From contig JAWLBL010000028.1 of assembly GCA_041687695.1 (NCBI GenBank), positions 59,860 to 123,859 of the forward strand: a stretch of 64,000 nt of DNA, read 5' to 3'. Made by a program: the position numbers and the translations under genes. Below are positions 1 through 20,341 of the stretch, piece after piece (position 1 is the stretch's first letter; each line of letters starts with the position of its first letter). The notes beneath the pieces were generated by a model. It did not search any database. It saw only the letters and a program-made list of their open reading frames with translations, and was not told the origin of the DNA. Source of the DNA: Myxococcota bacterium. GTDB lineage: Bacteria > Myxococcota_A > UBA9042 > PHBI01 > JAWLBL01.

Positions 1-610
1 GCTGCAGCGTCTCTTCGGGGATCTGCGTAATCATCAGCGGCACGCTGCCCCCCGACAGGGTGCTGGTGAAGGGCGTGCAGTTGAACGGGGTCGGCTTCTC
101 GGTGGTCTCGTTGGACCGATAGACGATGAGGTGGTGCGACCCCGGCGACAGCTTGGTGTGGATGGCCCGCACCTTGATGGCCGTCGGGTTGTCGAGCCGG
201 ACGACCACGCACTTGGTCGCCTCTTCGCCGGGGGTCATCGTCCAGCCGCCGATGGCGGTCTGAACGCCCTCGGGTGGCGTCACCGCGTCGGGCGTGCTGG
301 CGTCCGCGTCGGGAACGCTGGCGTCTGCGTCGGGAACGCTGGCGTCCGCGTCGCCCTCGGACGCATCCGGCACCACGACGTCAGGCACGGCCGTGTCGGG
401 CCCCTCGCCGTCGTCCGCCGCGTCCGGGACCTCGGCGTCGGGCTGGGCGTCCGGCGCGACCGTCGAGTCCCCGGCGCTGTCCGCCTCGGCGACTTCCTGC
501 GCCGCGTCACCGGTCACATCGGCGTCGGCGGCCCCCGGGGTGGTGGTCCCTTCGTCCCCGCAGCCCATGGCGACCAGCGCCAACAACACACCCAAGCCCC
601 AATGCTTCAT
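1..610 (-). CDS. Lipoprotein with acidic linker and putative copper type II monooxygenase (PHM/DBH-like) N-terminal domain; partial, runs off the window
   Basis: Not in the ORF track. Manual translation from ATG at 610 (GGAGG upstream) gives MKHWGLGVLLALVAMG|C (lipobox), a D/A/P-rich linker, then ...EATKCVVVRL...SPGSHHLIVY...FNC...; the frame is open to the window edge. Confidence 0.7.
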   Translation of the reverse strand, partial: MKHWGLGVLLALVAMGCGDEGTTTPGAADADVTGDAAQEVAEADSAGDSTVAPDAQPDAEVPDAADDGEGPDTAVPDVVVPDASEGDADASVPDADASVPDADASTPDAVTPPEGVQTAIGGWTMTPGEEATKCVVVRLDNPTAIKVRAIHTKLSPGSHHLIVYRSNETTEKPTPFNCTPFTSTLSGGSVPLMITQIPEETLQ

Positions 611-679
611 CGTCGGCCCTCCCGCGGCAGCGAACCCATATCTTGCACGGCGCCGTGGCCGGTCGCAACCGCGCGCGTG

Positions 680-2263
680 TCAACGGCGGCGGTAGACGTC
701 GAAGGTGCCGACGGCCGGCCGCGGCTCGTACGCGCGGAAGAGGGCCTCGAAGCGAGGGTCGGTCAGGAAGTAGTCGAGGTAGTCGAAGCGGGTCGCGCCG
801 AAGCCCTGCTTGTGGGGGGCGCGGTGGTTCAGGATGAGGCGCGGCCGGTCGCGGGTGAGGTCCGCGACGACGGCGTCGACGAAGGCGCGCTCGGTGGGGC
901 CGCGGTCGGCGAGGGGGCGGTAGGGGAAGGGGCGCGCGTCGGCCGGCGCGTCGGCGTACAAGCCCGGCGCCGGCCACAGGCAGCTGAAGCGCGAGGCCGA
1001 GCGGACGCCGGCCAGGTTGATGGCCGGGTAGGCCGGCGGGACGGAGGAGGACATGACGAAGACGGCCTCGCCGGGGGCTTCGGCGCGAAACAGCTGGGCC
1101 AGGCGGGCGGCGGCCGTGGCCTGCGCGGGGCGGGCGGCGTATCCGGCGGCGGAGACGGCGCCCAGGGCGGCGGCCACGACGAGCAGCAGGGCGGGGCGCA
1201 TGGAGGCGGGCACGCGCAAGAGCGCGTCCCAGGTCGGGCCGTCGATGCCGAGCAGGAGGATGGCGAGTAGCAGCGCCGTCAAGACGCCGGCGGGGATGAA
1301 GTGGTAGCTGAAGCCCATGCCCTGGACGTGGACGACGGCGTAGCCGGCCAGGGCCGCAAGCAGCAGGGCTCGGGCCAGCGGGGCGACGGCCGGCGGCTGG
1401 CGGACGACCAGCGCGAGGGTGCCCGCCAGGGCCAGGGCGGCCGCGGCGGCGTTCGGCCAGGGGACGCCTTCGGCGTAGGCGCCGTAGAGTGAGGCAGCGA
1501 CCTGCGCGGCTTCGAGCCAGCCCGGGGTGAAGACAAGGACCGCTGCGACGTACAGGGCGCCGGCGGCGGCGATGATCTGGTTGTCGCGCCGCGCGAGGGC
1601 GCCGCGCAGACCGTGGCGCGGGCCCGCGGGGGACGCCGCCAGCCAGGCTTCGGCCAGCAGCCAGACCAGGGCATAGAAGGGTTTGAGCGCGATGGCCACG
1701 GCGGCGGCGAAGGCGAGGGCGGCGCGGGCGCGGGGGGCTGGGGAGCGCCCGGTGGCGGTCAGGCCGACGGCGGTGACGTAGGGGACGAGGAGGGCGGCGA
1801 CCAGGTGGTCGCGTTGGCCGAAGCTGGCCTGGGGGAGGACGAGCAAGGCGGTGAGCGCGGCGCCCGTGGCGGCCATGGCGGGGGCCCGGCGCCAGGTGCC
1901 CGCGCCCGTCAGCAGGCGGTAGAGGGCGAAGGCGACGCCGGCGCACAGGGCGAGGGTCACGGCGTCCCAGGCCACCAGCGGCGGGACGCCCAGCGCGCGG
2001 GCGAGCCCGACCACCGGCACCGACAGCCAGTAGATGAGGGGCGGGTTGTTGTCGAAGACGTGGCGCGGGATGGACCCGCCGTCCAGCAGGCGGCCGGCGG
2101 CCTCGAGGGTCCAGCCCACGTCGTGGTTGAAGACCCCCATCGCGGCCCTGGTGACTACCGAAGCGACCGCGGCCAGCGCTGCGACCACCAGCAGCCCCGC
2201 CTCGAGCCTGGCGCGGGCCTCGGTCCGGGCGGGGGACGGCGGGGACGGGGGGCCTTCGGGCAT
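680..2263 (-). CDS. Polytopic membrane protein, possibly a GT-C type glycosyltransferase
   Basis: Many hydrophobic segments; NHDVGW...DNNPP after the first TM and GQRDH; soluble C-terminal domain. Start placed at ATG 2263 (track start 2299). Confidence 0.6.
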   Translation of the reverse strand: MPEGPPSPPSPARTEARARLEAGLLVVAALAAVASVVTRAAMGVFNHDVGWTLEAAGRLLDGGSIPRHVFDNNPPLIYWLSVPVVGLARALGVPPLVAWDAVTLALCAGVAFALYRLLTGAGTWRRAPAMAATGAALTALLVLPQASFGQRDHLVAALLVPYVTAVGLTATGRSPAPRARAALAFAAAVAIALKPFYALVWLLAEAWLAASPAGPRHGLRGALARRDNQIIAAAGALYVAAVLVFTPGWLEAAQVAASLYGAYAEGVPWPNAAAAALALAGTLALVVRQPPAVAPLARALLLAALAGYAVVHVQGMGFSYHFIPAGVLTALLLAILLLGIDGPTWDALLRVPASMRPALLLVVAAALGAVSAAGYAARPAQATAAARLAQLFRAEAPGEAVFVMSSSVPPAYPAINLAGVRSASRFSCLWPAPGLYADAPADARPFPYRPLADRGPTERAFVDAVVADLTRDRPRLILNHRAPHKQGFGATRFDYLDYFLTDPRFEALFRAYEPRPAVGTFDVYRRR

Positions 2264-2348
2264 CGGGGCGCTCGCTCGCAACGCCTCGGACCGTACCACG
2301 CCCCCCAGCCGCCGTCGACGCGCTCCCGCGGGTGGCCAGGACTAGCCG

Positions 2349-2659
2349 CTGGGACCGCCGGCTTCCAGAGGGCGTCGCAGAAGGCCAACCGGAGTGCTCC
2401 ACCTTGGTGGAGCCCCCATCCGGCGCAGCTTGCTGCGCCGGATTTGGTGGGAGGATCCCGGCGGCAAGCCGCCGGGGCCGGGGCTCCAGCAAGCTGGAGC
2501 ACTCCAAGACAGCCTCTTCCGGCATCCCGTACGACACCCTTCCAGCCGGCTCGAATCTCCGCCCGACCCAGCACCTGCCCCCCTGGGATCGCCGGCTTCC
2601 AGTCGGCCCGAATCTCCGCCCGTCCCAGCACCGGCCTCCCTGGGATCGCCGGCTTCCAG
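2349..2659 (+). repeat. Cluster of REP-like units with a 57-bp period, core CTGGGA(C/T)CGCCGGCTTCCAG(C/T)CGGC
   Basis: Copies start at 2349 (interrupted), 2583 and 2640; each carries all or half of the hairpin GCCGGCT-TCC-AGCCGGC. Confidence 0.75.
2369..2540. mobile_element. MITE-like non-autonomous element, 172 bp
   Basis: Imperfect terminal inverted repeats AGGGCGTCGCA and TACGACACCCT; TCCAG direct repeat on both sides (2364-2368, 2541-2545); removing it restores an intact REP unit. Confidence 0.65.
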
Positions 2660-2821
2660 AGGCTGTCGCAGAGTGTTGTTCCCGCGGGCCGCAGGCCCGC
2701 TATGGACCGCGCCGGTCATGCCGGTGCTATGGACCGCGCCAGCCAAGCCGACCTTGCACCCGAACGCGGCCTGGTCGAGACTGCCTCGCGTCACCCATGG
2801 ACCGGCCGGACGGAGGCCCAG

Positions 2822-3358
2822 ATGATTCGCGCGTTACAGGCTCTCTCATTGGCGCTGGCGCTCCTGGCGCCGGCTGCCCTCTCAGCGTCCCCCACCCAGC
2901 CCCCCTCGTCCGGCGTCGTCGTCAAGGATCTGAAGGTGGACCGCCTGCCCGACGTGCTGGGCACCGCCCGCGGCGAGGTGCAGGTCATCCTGCTGTACCG
3001 CACCAACTGCCCGGCGTGCCAGCACGTGCTGCCCTGGTTCGTGGACTTCGTCTCAAAGGCCCAGAAGGCGGGCTCGAGCGTCCGCTTCTTCGCCTTCGCG
3101 ACCGACAAGACCGCCCGGGCGGTCGAAGAGTACTTCGGCGTCTACGCGATGCCCTTCGAGGTCTGGCGCCTCATCCCCTGGGCCCCCGGCGAGCTGGTCG
3201 AAGCCTTCCGCCAGGCCGGCGTCACTTTTCCCAGTCAATATGGCGTCCCCTACTTCATCGTGCGCCAACCCAGCGGCCGCGTCGTCGACCAATTTGCCGA
3301 CTCGGACGACAAGCTAAAGCGCCTGCGAGCCGCGCTGGAGCGGGCGCAGGGCCGCTAG
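2822..3358 (+). CDS. Exported thioredoxin-fold (TlpA-like) protein
   Basis: GGAGG then ATG at 2822; signal peptide MIRALQALSLALALLAPAALSA; CPAC motif; GVPY cis-Pro loop. Confidence 0.8.
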   Translation: MIRALQALSLALALLAPAALSASPTQPPSSGVVVKDLKVDRLPDVLGTARGEVQVILLYRTNCPACQHVLPWFVDFVSKAQKAGSSVRFFAFATDKTARAVEEYFGVYAMPFEVWRLIPWAPGELVEAFRQAGVTFPSQYGVPYFIVRQPSGRVVDQFADSDDKLKRLRAALERAQGR

Positions 3359-3458
3359 GCAGCCTCCTGTGTCACTTAGGAGGTAGTTTCCCGTCGGCCG
3401 CGAGCATGAGCGCGGGAGGGGGCAAGCCCAGACAAACACTGGAACCCCGCGACCGCGT

Positions 3459-3522
3459 CAGAAATCGTACCAAGGGTCGGGTTTCGGGACACCAGAAATC
3501 GCACCAAGGGTCGGGTTTCGGG
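3459..3522 (+). repeat. Two 30-bp direct repeats, 34-bp period
   Basis: CAGAAATCG(T/C)ACCAAGGGTCGGGTTTCGGG at 3459-3488 and 3493-3522. Confidence 0.85.
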
Positions 3523-3708
3523 GGCAGGTCGGGTTGGGGGGTGGCAGGGGCGAAATCGGGGGTCGGGGGGCGGTGAACGGGCTGGTTTTGGCGTGGGAAG
3601 GCGCCGGCGAAACCTCAGGGGCCGCGTCCGTAAGAGTCAACTTGTTCCCTGTACACGCTCACCAAGAAGCGTAGCAGCCTGAACAGGGCGGCTGGTGTGG
3701 CGCGTGGC

Positions 3709-4674
3709 TCAGGTGGGTGCTTGGGCGAGGTCGGCGAGGCCCTGTTCGAGCCTGACCTGGGGGGCGTAGCCGAGCTCGCGGCGGGCCTTGGTGATGTCGA
3801 GGGTGACCTCGCGGCTCATCATGCCGGCGGCGAAGCGGGTCAGGGGTGGGGCGCCGGGTCTGCGGAAGAGGCGCCACCAGGTCTCGGCGAGGGCGGCTGC
3901 GGGGCGGGCGAGCCAGCCGGGGACGGCGCGGTCGCCAGGGTCGACGCCGCGGGTGCGGAGCAGAGCCGTGAGGAAGTCGCGGTAGGTCAGGTCAGCGTCG
4001 TCGGTGACGAAGTAGGCCTGGCCAGGGTGTCCGGCGGTCAGGGCCAGCTCGAGGGCGTGGACGACGTTGTCGACGTGGGCCGTCGAGGTGAGGTGGCGGC
4101 CGCCGTCGATCCAGGCGAAGGAGCCGGCTCGGACCATTTGGACGAGGGCGGGGAGCACGGTGGTGTCGCCGGGGCCCCAGACCAGACGCGGGCGGATGAC
4201 CAGGGTCTCGAAGCCGGGCGCGGCGGCGGCCAGTACGCGCCGTTCCGCCTCGGCCTTGGTCTCGGAGTACAGATAGGCGTGGCGGGCGGGCAAGGGCAGG
4301 GACTCGTCGATGCGCACGAGGTGACCGCCGGTGAAGACGGCCGCCTCGGTGCCGACGTGAACGAAGCGGCGGACGCCAGCGTCGCGCGCGGCGTCGAGCA
4401 GGCGCTGGGTGCCCAGCACATTGGCGCGCCAGAAGGCCTGGCGAGGGCCGTAGTCGGCCGCCAGGGCCGCCGCGTGAACCACCGCTTCGACGCCTCGCAG
4501 GGGCGCCGCGGACACGTCGGCCAGATCGCAGCGCACGGGGCGGGCGCCCAAGGCCTCGACCCGGGCCGCGGCCGTGTCCGAGCGCGCCATGGCGACGAGG
4601 TCGTGCCGCGAGGACAGCCGCTCGATGAGCCGTCCCCCGATGAAGCCGGAGCCGCCCGTGACGAAGATTCGCAT
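3709..4674 (-). CDS. NAD-dependent epimerase/dehydratase (3-beta-HSD-like extended SDR)
   Basis: TGGSGFIG Rossmann motif, YSETK (YxxxK), RPRLVWGPGD. Confidence 0.9.
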   Translation of the reverse strand: MRIFVTGGSGFIGGRLIERLSSRHDLVAMARSDTAAARVEALGARPVRCDLADVSAAPLRGVEAVVHAAALAADYGPRQAFWRANVLGTQRLLDAARDAGVRRFVHVGTEAAVFTGGHLVRIDESLPLPARHAYLYSETKAEAERRVLAAAAPGFETLVIRPRLVWGPGDTTVLPALVQMVRAGSFAWIDGGRHLTSTAHVDNVVHALELALTAGHPGQAYFVTDDADLTYRDFLTALLRTRGVDPGDRAVPGWLARPAAALAETWWRLFRRPGAPPLTRFAAGMMSREVTLDITKARRELGYAPQVRLEQGLADLAQAPT

Positions 4675-4863
4675 GCGGCGTGAGATACTCCGACTGGCTT
4701 CGAGACGCCAGCGGTCGCGGGACGGTCAGGCGAGTCGCAGCCGGCCGTGTATGAGCTACGAGGTGTGGCGCTGCAGGGGCGGCGGTCGGTGGGCGGTTGG
4801 CAAGGGCGCCGGCTCGGTGTAGGTCGGAAGGGCGGCTGACGACACGGCCGGCGGGGAGCGGCG

Positions 4864-7224
4864 ATGGAGCTCGATCGGACGGGGCAGGAGGTCAAGGCGC
4901 TGCATGCGGCGGCGCTGTGGGCCTCGGAGCAGGTGTTCGCGCCGAGGCAGCCGGGCGAGCTGGTCTCGAAGGTCGAGGTCGAGCTGGTCGAGTACGGGCG
5001 GCTGTACACCAAGTGCGAGCGGCGCGAGCCGGTGTGGCGGGCCGAGCCGTACCGGGGGCGCAAGGCGCTGAGCGAGCCGACGCTGCGCGAGCAGGACATC
5101 AGGCCGTGGGAGCAGGACGAGGCGGAGATCGAGCGGGGCACGCGGCACGTGGCTCTGTGCGGCGGTTGCTCGGGGGACCGGCGGGTGGACTGCCGGCGGT
5201 GCGACGGGGCGGGCCGCCTGGGGTGCGGCGTCTGCCGGGGGACCGGGACGCGGCCGGCCGCCAGGGGCAACCGCATGGTCCAGTGCCAGGGCTGCCGCGG
5301 GGCGACGACCGTGGACTGCCCCGCTTGCGTGGGCGGACGGGTCGAGTGTGAGCGGTGTGAGGGCGCGGGGCGTCACGAGCGCTGGGCCGAGGTGACCTAC
5401 TCGGTCTACGAGGCCGTCGAGCCGGTGCCGCCGAGCCGGTACGGGTCGGGGCACCCCGGGTTCGAGGCGCGCGAACCCGTGGCCAGGGACTGGGAAGGGG
5501 CGACCCGGACCGGGCTGGTCGAGGCGCGGGGCCTGCTGAGTGAGGCGCAGGTGATGAGCGTCGTGCCCGACGTCGAGTGGCTGGAGGTCAAGCGGGTCGC
5601 CGACCGGGGGCGGCACCCGCGGTTCGACCGGGTGGTCCACCAGACGCTGACGACCTACGGCGCGCCGGTCGGGCGGGTCGAGTTCGATTTTTCGGGGACG
5701 GTCGGGCACGTGACCCTGGTCGGGTGGGAGCCGCGGCCGACCGCCGACTGGGACGACGCGCCGTTTCGCAGCCGGCGCAAGTGGGTGAAGGCGGCGGCCT
5801 GGACGGCGGGCGTGGCCTGGGCGGTCGGCAGCCTGTGGTACGGGCTGCGCGACCCGTTCTATCGGTGGGCTCCTGCGGCGTGGTTCTCGGCCAGCCTGGC
5901 CGTGCTGATGGTCGGGTTGGTCGTGGGGACGGCCAGCTGGCGACGCCGGGTCTGCTCGACGCGGCGGCGCAACCCGTTCGGTCCCGGTGACGCGGTGGGG
6001 CCGGCGTTGGGGCTGCTGGGAGGGCTGGTGCTGGCGGGCGTGCTGGTCGTGGCGCGGCCCTCGGCGGGCGCGGCGCTGGACGGTCTCGAGGCGGGGGACC
6101 TGACGGCGGCGCGGACCCACGTGGAGGCGCTGGTGCGGCGCGGCGACCGCGGCGGCGAGGTCGACGAGGCCGTCGCGCGCCTGGCGCTGGCCGAGGCCAA
6201 GGAGCTGGACAACCGGCAGGCTGTGGCGCGCCTCGAGCGCGACGTGGCCGCGATGGCCGACCCGGCGCCGCTGCGCGCCGAGCTGGAGCGGCTACGGGTC
6301 GCATGGTTCGAGCGGGCCATGGAGCGCGGCGAGGTGGACGAGGCTGGCCGCGAGCTGGCGGCGCTGACGGCCGACCATGACGATCTGACGGGGCTGGACA
6401 AGCTGAGGAGCCGGCTGACGGCCAAGCGCCTGGCGATGGCGGCGGCGCAGCTGGACGCGCGCGACCCGGACGCGGCGCTGGCGCTGGTGGACGGGCTGGC
6501 CGAGGGCGACGCGCGGGCGCGCGAGGTGACCGTGCAGGCGCATCAGGTCGCGGCCGTGGCGTGCGGCGCGGACGTGGCCTGCGCGGCGCGGGCGCTGGAG
6601 CGGGCCATCGAGGTGGACCCGAGCGTGGGCTCGGCCGAGCGGCTCGACGCGCTGATGAAGGCGCAGGTCGCGGCGGCCGGCGCGTGGCGGGCGGTCGAGG
6701 GCGAGCCGCGCGAGCAGCTGGCGGCGATCCGGGCGGCCGAGGCGCGTTATCGCGAGCTGGAGGGGATCTTCGGGGCGCGGCTGGATCTGGCGGCGCAGCG
6801 GGAGGCGATCGCGGCGCGGCGAGGGACCCTGCTGGCAGGGAAGCGGGCGCTGGGCGAGGACGCGCTGGTCGCCGAGGAGGCGCTGCGGTGGGCGAAAGCC
6901 GGGACGGTGCGGCGCGACGGTGAGCACCTGGTCGTCGAGAGGATCCCCGACGCGCTGGGGGTGCGGGTGCATCTGGCGACCGAGGGCGGCGTGGTGGTGG
7001 GTGCGCTGATCGTGCGCGAGCAGCGGGACTCGGTCGGACTGGCCGAGGCCGGGGTCCAGGCGGCCATGGAGCGGCTGGTCGGGGCGAAGCTCCCGGCGCG
7101 GGCGTTCCGGGCGCCCGGCAAGGGCATCCGGCACGTCAAGAGCCGCGTGGGGCGGCTGCCGGCGCTGTTCGGGTGGGAGGACGGCAGCCTGGTCGAGGTC
7201 ATCGTCGGGGAGGTCACGCCATGA
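4864..7224 (+). CDS. Membrane protein with DnaJ-type Zn-finger (SSUH2-like) N-terminus, about 3 TM helices and a helical C-terminal region
   Basis: Six CxxC(xGxG) motifs; hydrophobic segments at about 5790-6055; Ala/Glu/Arg-rich helical tail. Confidence 0.75.
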   Translation: MELDRTGQEVKALHAAALWASEQVFAPRQPGELVSKVEVELVEYGRLYTKCERREPVWRAEPYRGRKALSEPTLREQDIRPWEQDEAEIERGTRHVALCGGCSGDRRVDCRRCDGAGRLGCGVCRGTGTRPAARGNRMVQCQGCRGATTVDCPACVGGRVECERCEGAGRHERWAEVTYSVYEAVEPVPPSRYGSGHPGFEAREPVARDWEGATRTGLVEARGLLSEAQVMSVVPDVEWLEVKRVADRGRHPRFDRVVHQTLTTYGAPVGRVEFDFSGTVGHVTLVGWEPRPTADWDDAPFRSRRKWVKAAAWTAGVAWAVGSLWYGLRDPFYRWAPAAWFSASLAVLMVGLVVGTASWRRRVCSTRRRNPFGPGDAVGPALGLLGGLVLAGVLVVARPSAGAALDGLEAGDLTAARTHVEALVRRGDRGGEVDEAVARLALAEAKELDNRQAVARLERDVAAMADPAPLRAELERLRVAWFERAMERGEVDEAGRELAALTADHDDLTGLDKLRSRLTAKRLAMAAAQLDARDPDAALALVDGLAEGDARAREVTVQAHQVAAVACGADVACAARALERAIEVDPSVGSAERLDALMKAQVAAAGAWRAVEGEPREQLAAIRAAEARYRELEGIFGARLDLAAQREAIAARRGTLLAGKRALGEDALVAEEALRWAKAGTVRRDGEHLVVERIPDALGVRVHLATEGGVVVGALIVREQRDSVGLAEAGVQAAMERLVGAKLPARAFRAPGKGIRHVKSRVGRLPALFGWEDGSLVEVIVGEVTP

Positions 7225-7613
7225 GGCGGTGGGCGGTGGCGTGGGTGGCGCTGGGGTTGGTGTGGACGACGAGGCCGGCCGAGGTGCACGCCGTGCGCAT
7301 AGCGGCGGCGCCGTGCCTCGGATGCGATACGGCGTCAGCGGCCGACGGGGCCGCGGCCGGCGACGAGGGGCGCGCGGCGGCCAGCGAGCGGGTCGAGGCG
7401 AGGGCGGGCTGCAAGGGCAAGCTGCGGGTGACCACGGTGCCGCGGGCGCGTGTCGCGGTCGGAGGCGTCGGCCTGGGGGTGTCGCCGACCAAGGCCATCG
7501 CGCTGCCCGAGGGGCGCTACGAGGTCGAGATCACCCACCGGCTGCTGGGCAGCGTCAAGCGGCTGGTGCACGTCGCCTGCCGCGACAACCAGCATCTGCA
7601 GGTGCGGTGGTGA
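7221..7613 (+). CDS. Small exported PEGA-domain protein
   Basis: ATGA overlap with the upstream stop; signal-like N-terminus; LRVTTVPRARVAVGG..LGVSP..LPEGRYEVEI PEGA-like pattern. Confidence 0.7.
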   Translation: MRRWAVAWVALGLVWTTRPAEVHAVRIAAAPCLGCDTASAADGAAAGDEGRAAASERVEARAGCKGKLRVTTVPRARVAVGGVGLGVSPTKAIALPEGRYEVEITHRLLGSVKRLVHVACRDNQHLQVRW

Positions 7614-7669
7614 TCGGTCGCGGCGGGTCACGCGCGCCAGCGAGACTGGCGCGTCGGTGAGCTCCGAGG

Positions 7670-7700
7670 CGGCGCTGGCGCGGTGAGGGCGCCAGCGCCG
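7670..7700. terminator. Hairpin between convergent genes
   Basis: 12-bp perfect stem CGGCGCTGGCGC/GCGCCAGCGCCG with a 7-nt loop; second hairpin at 7633-7653; no U-tract. Confidence 0.5.
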
Positions 7701-7705
7701 TCGGA

Positions 7706-19060
<11,355 letters not shown>

Positions 19061-19336
19061 GAAAAAACCTCACGGCCCAGCGCCTGCCCGCCGTGAAATT
19101 TCTCCCCCTGCCGCGAGGGCAATAGTCGGTGACCTCGGTCGAGTCAATGCCGAACCTCGGCAGCGCCCCGGCCGAGGCGCGCCGTCGAGCCAAGCCAACT
19201 CCCTGCCGCCGTTCGCGTTCTGGAGTCGTGATTCGCCTGGCGCGGGGACGCGACTGGGGGCAGTTTGGCAGGGGTCGGCCGTTGCCTCGGAGCGTGGGGA
19301 GGGGCCGGCGGGGATCGCATCGGGAGGGAGGGGACG

Positions 19337-20164
19337 ATGAGTGGGCGGTTCGTGGGGAAGGTGGTCGTCGTCACGGGGGCCTCGGCTGGGATCGGAGAGG
19401 CGGCGGCGCGGCGCTTTGCGGCCGAGGGGGCGCGGGTGGTGCTGGCGGCGCGGGGCGCCGAGCGGCTGGAGGCGGTCGCGGCGTCGATCCGCGCGGCCGG
19501 GGGCGACGCGCTGGCCGTGCGGACCGACGTGGGCGACGACGGGGCGTGCCGGGCGCTGCTCGAGCGGACCGTCGAGGCCTTCGGTGGCCTGGACGTGCTG
19601 GTGAACAACGCCGCCCTGCATCACCGTGGGCGCTTCGAGGACAACCCCGTCGACGCGCTGGCCGACATGGTGCACGTCAACCTGCGCAGCCCGGTCCTGC
19701 TGACGCGCCTCGCCTTGCCGCTGCTGCGGGCGCGTGGGGGCGGGGCCATCGTGCAGGTCGCCTCGCTCGCGGGCTGCGTGCCGACGCCTGGGGCGGCGGT
19801 GTATTCCGCGACCAAGTTCGGCTTGCGCGCGCTCAGCTACGCCCTGGCCGAGGAGCTGCGTGGGACCGGCGTGACAATCAGCGTCGTTTCACCCGGGCCG
19901 GTCGACACCGGCTTCATCATGGACGATCTGACGCGGGTGAGCGATCTCGCCCTCTCGCAGCCCATCTCGACGGCCGACGAGGTGGCCCGCGCCGTGCTCG
20001 ACTGTGCCGCCGACGGGCGCGTCGAACGCAAGCTCCCCGCCTCCTCCGGCGTCCTGACGACCGTGGGGTACCTGTCCCCGACCCTCACGCGCGCGCTGCG
20101 CCCCATGCTCGAGCGCAAGGGACGCCGCCAGAAGGCGCGTCTTCAGCGAGCGAAATCGGCCTGA
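19337..20164 (+). CDS. Classical SDR oxidoreductase
   Basis: TGASAGIG, NNA, YSATK; GGAGGGG RBS before ATG 19337. Confidence 0.92.
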   Translation: MSGRFVGKVVVVTGASAGIGEAAARRFAAEGARVVLAARGAERLEAVAASIRAAGGDALAVRTDVGDDGACRALLERTVEAFGGLDVLVNNAALHHRGRFEDNPVDALADMVHVNLRSPVLLTRLALPLLRARGGGAIVQVASLAGCVPTPGAAVYSATKFGLRALSYALAEELRGTGVTISVVSPGPVDTGFIMDDLTRVSDLALSQPISTADEVARAVLDCAADGRVERKLPASSGVLTTVGYLSPTLTRALRPMLERKGRRQKARLQRAKSA

Positions 20165-20341
20165 AATCGGACGAGCGCGCCGTGACACCCCAAGGACGCA
20201 GGTGTATGCTGGGCGGGTCCTAGGGTGGTGATCCATGATGTCCGACCCGGAAGTCGCCGACAGAGCAAACGCCGTCGACGTCCCCGCGATGGGGCCGGGC
20301 GCATTCGGGTCGATGGGACACGCCGCAGGCCCCCAGCGCCC

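Noticed and set aside
2349..3522. Repeat clusters as a possible CRISPR array
   Set aside because: Only 2-3 copies, no unique spacers of regular length, and no cas genes
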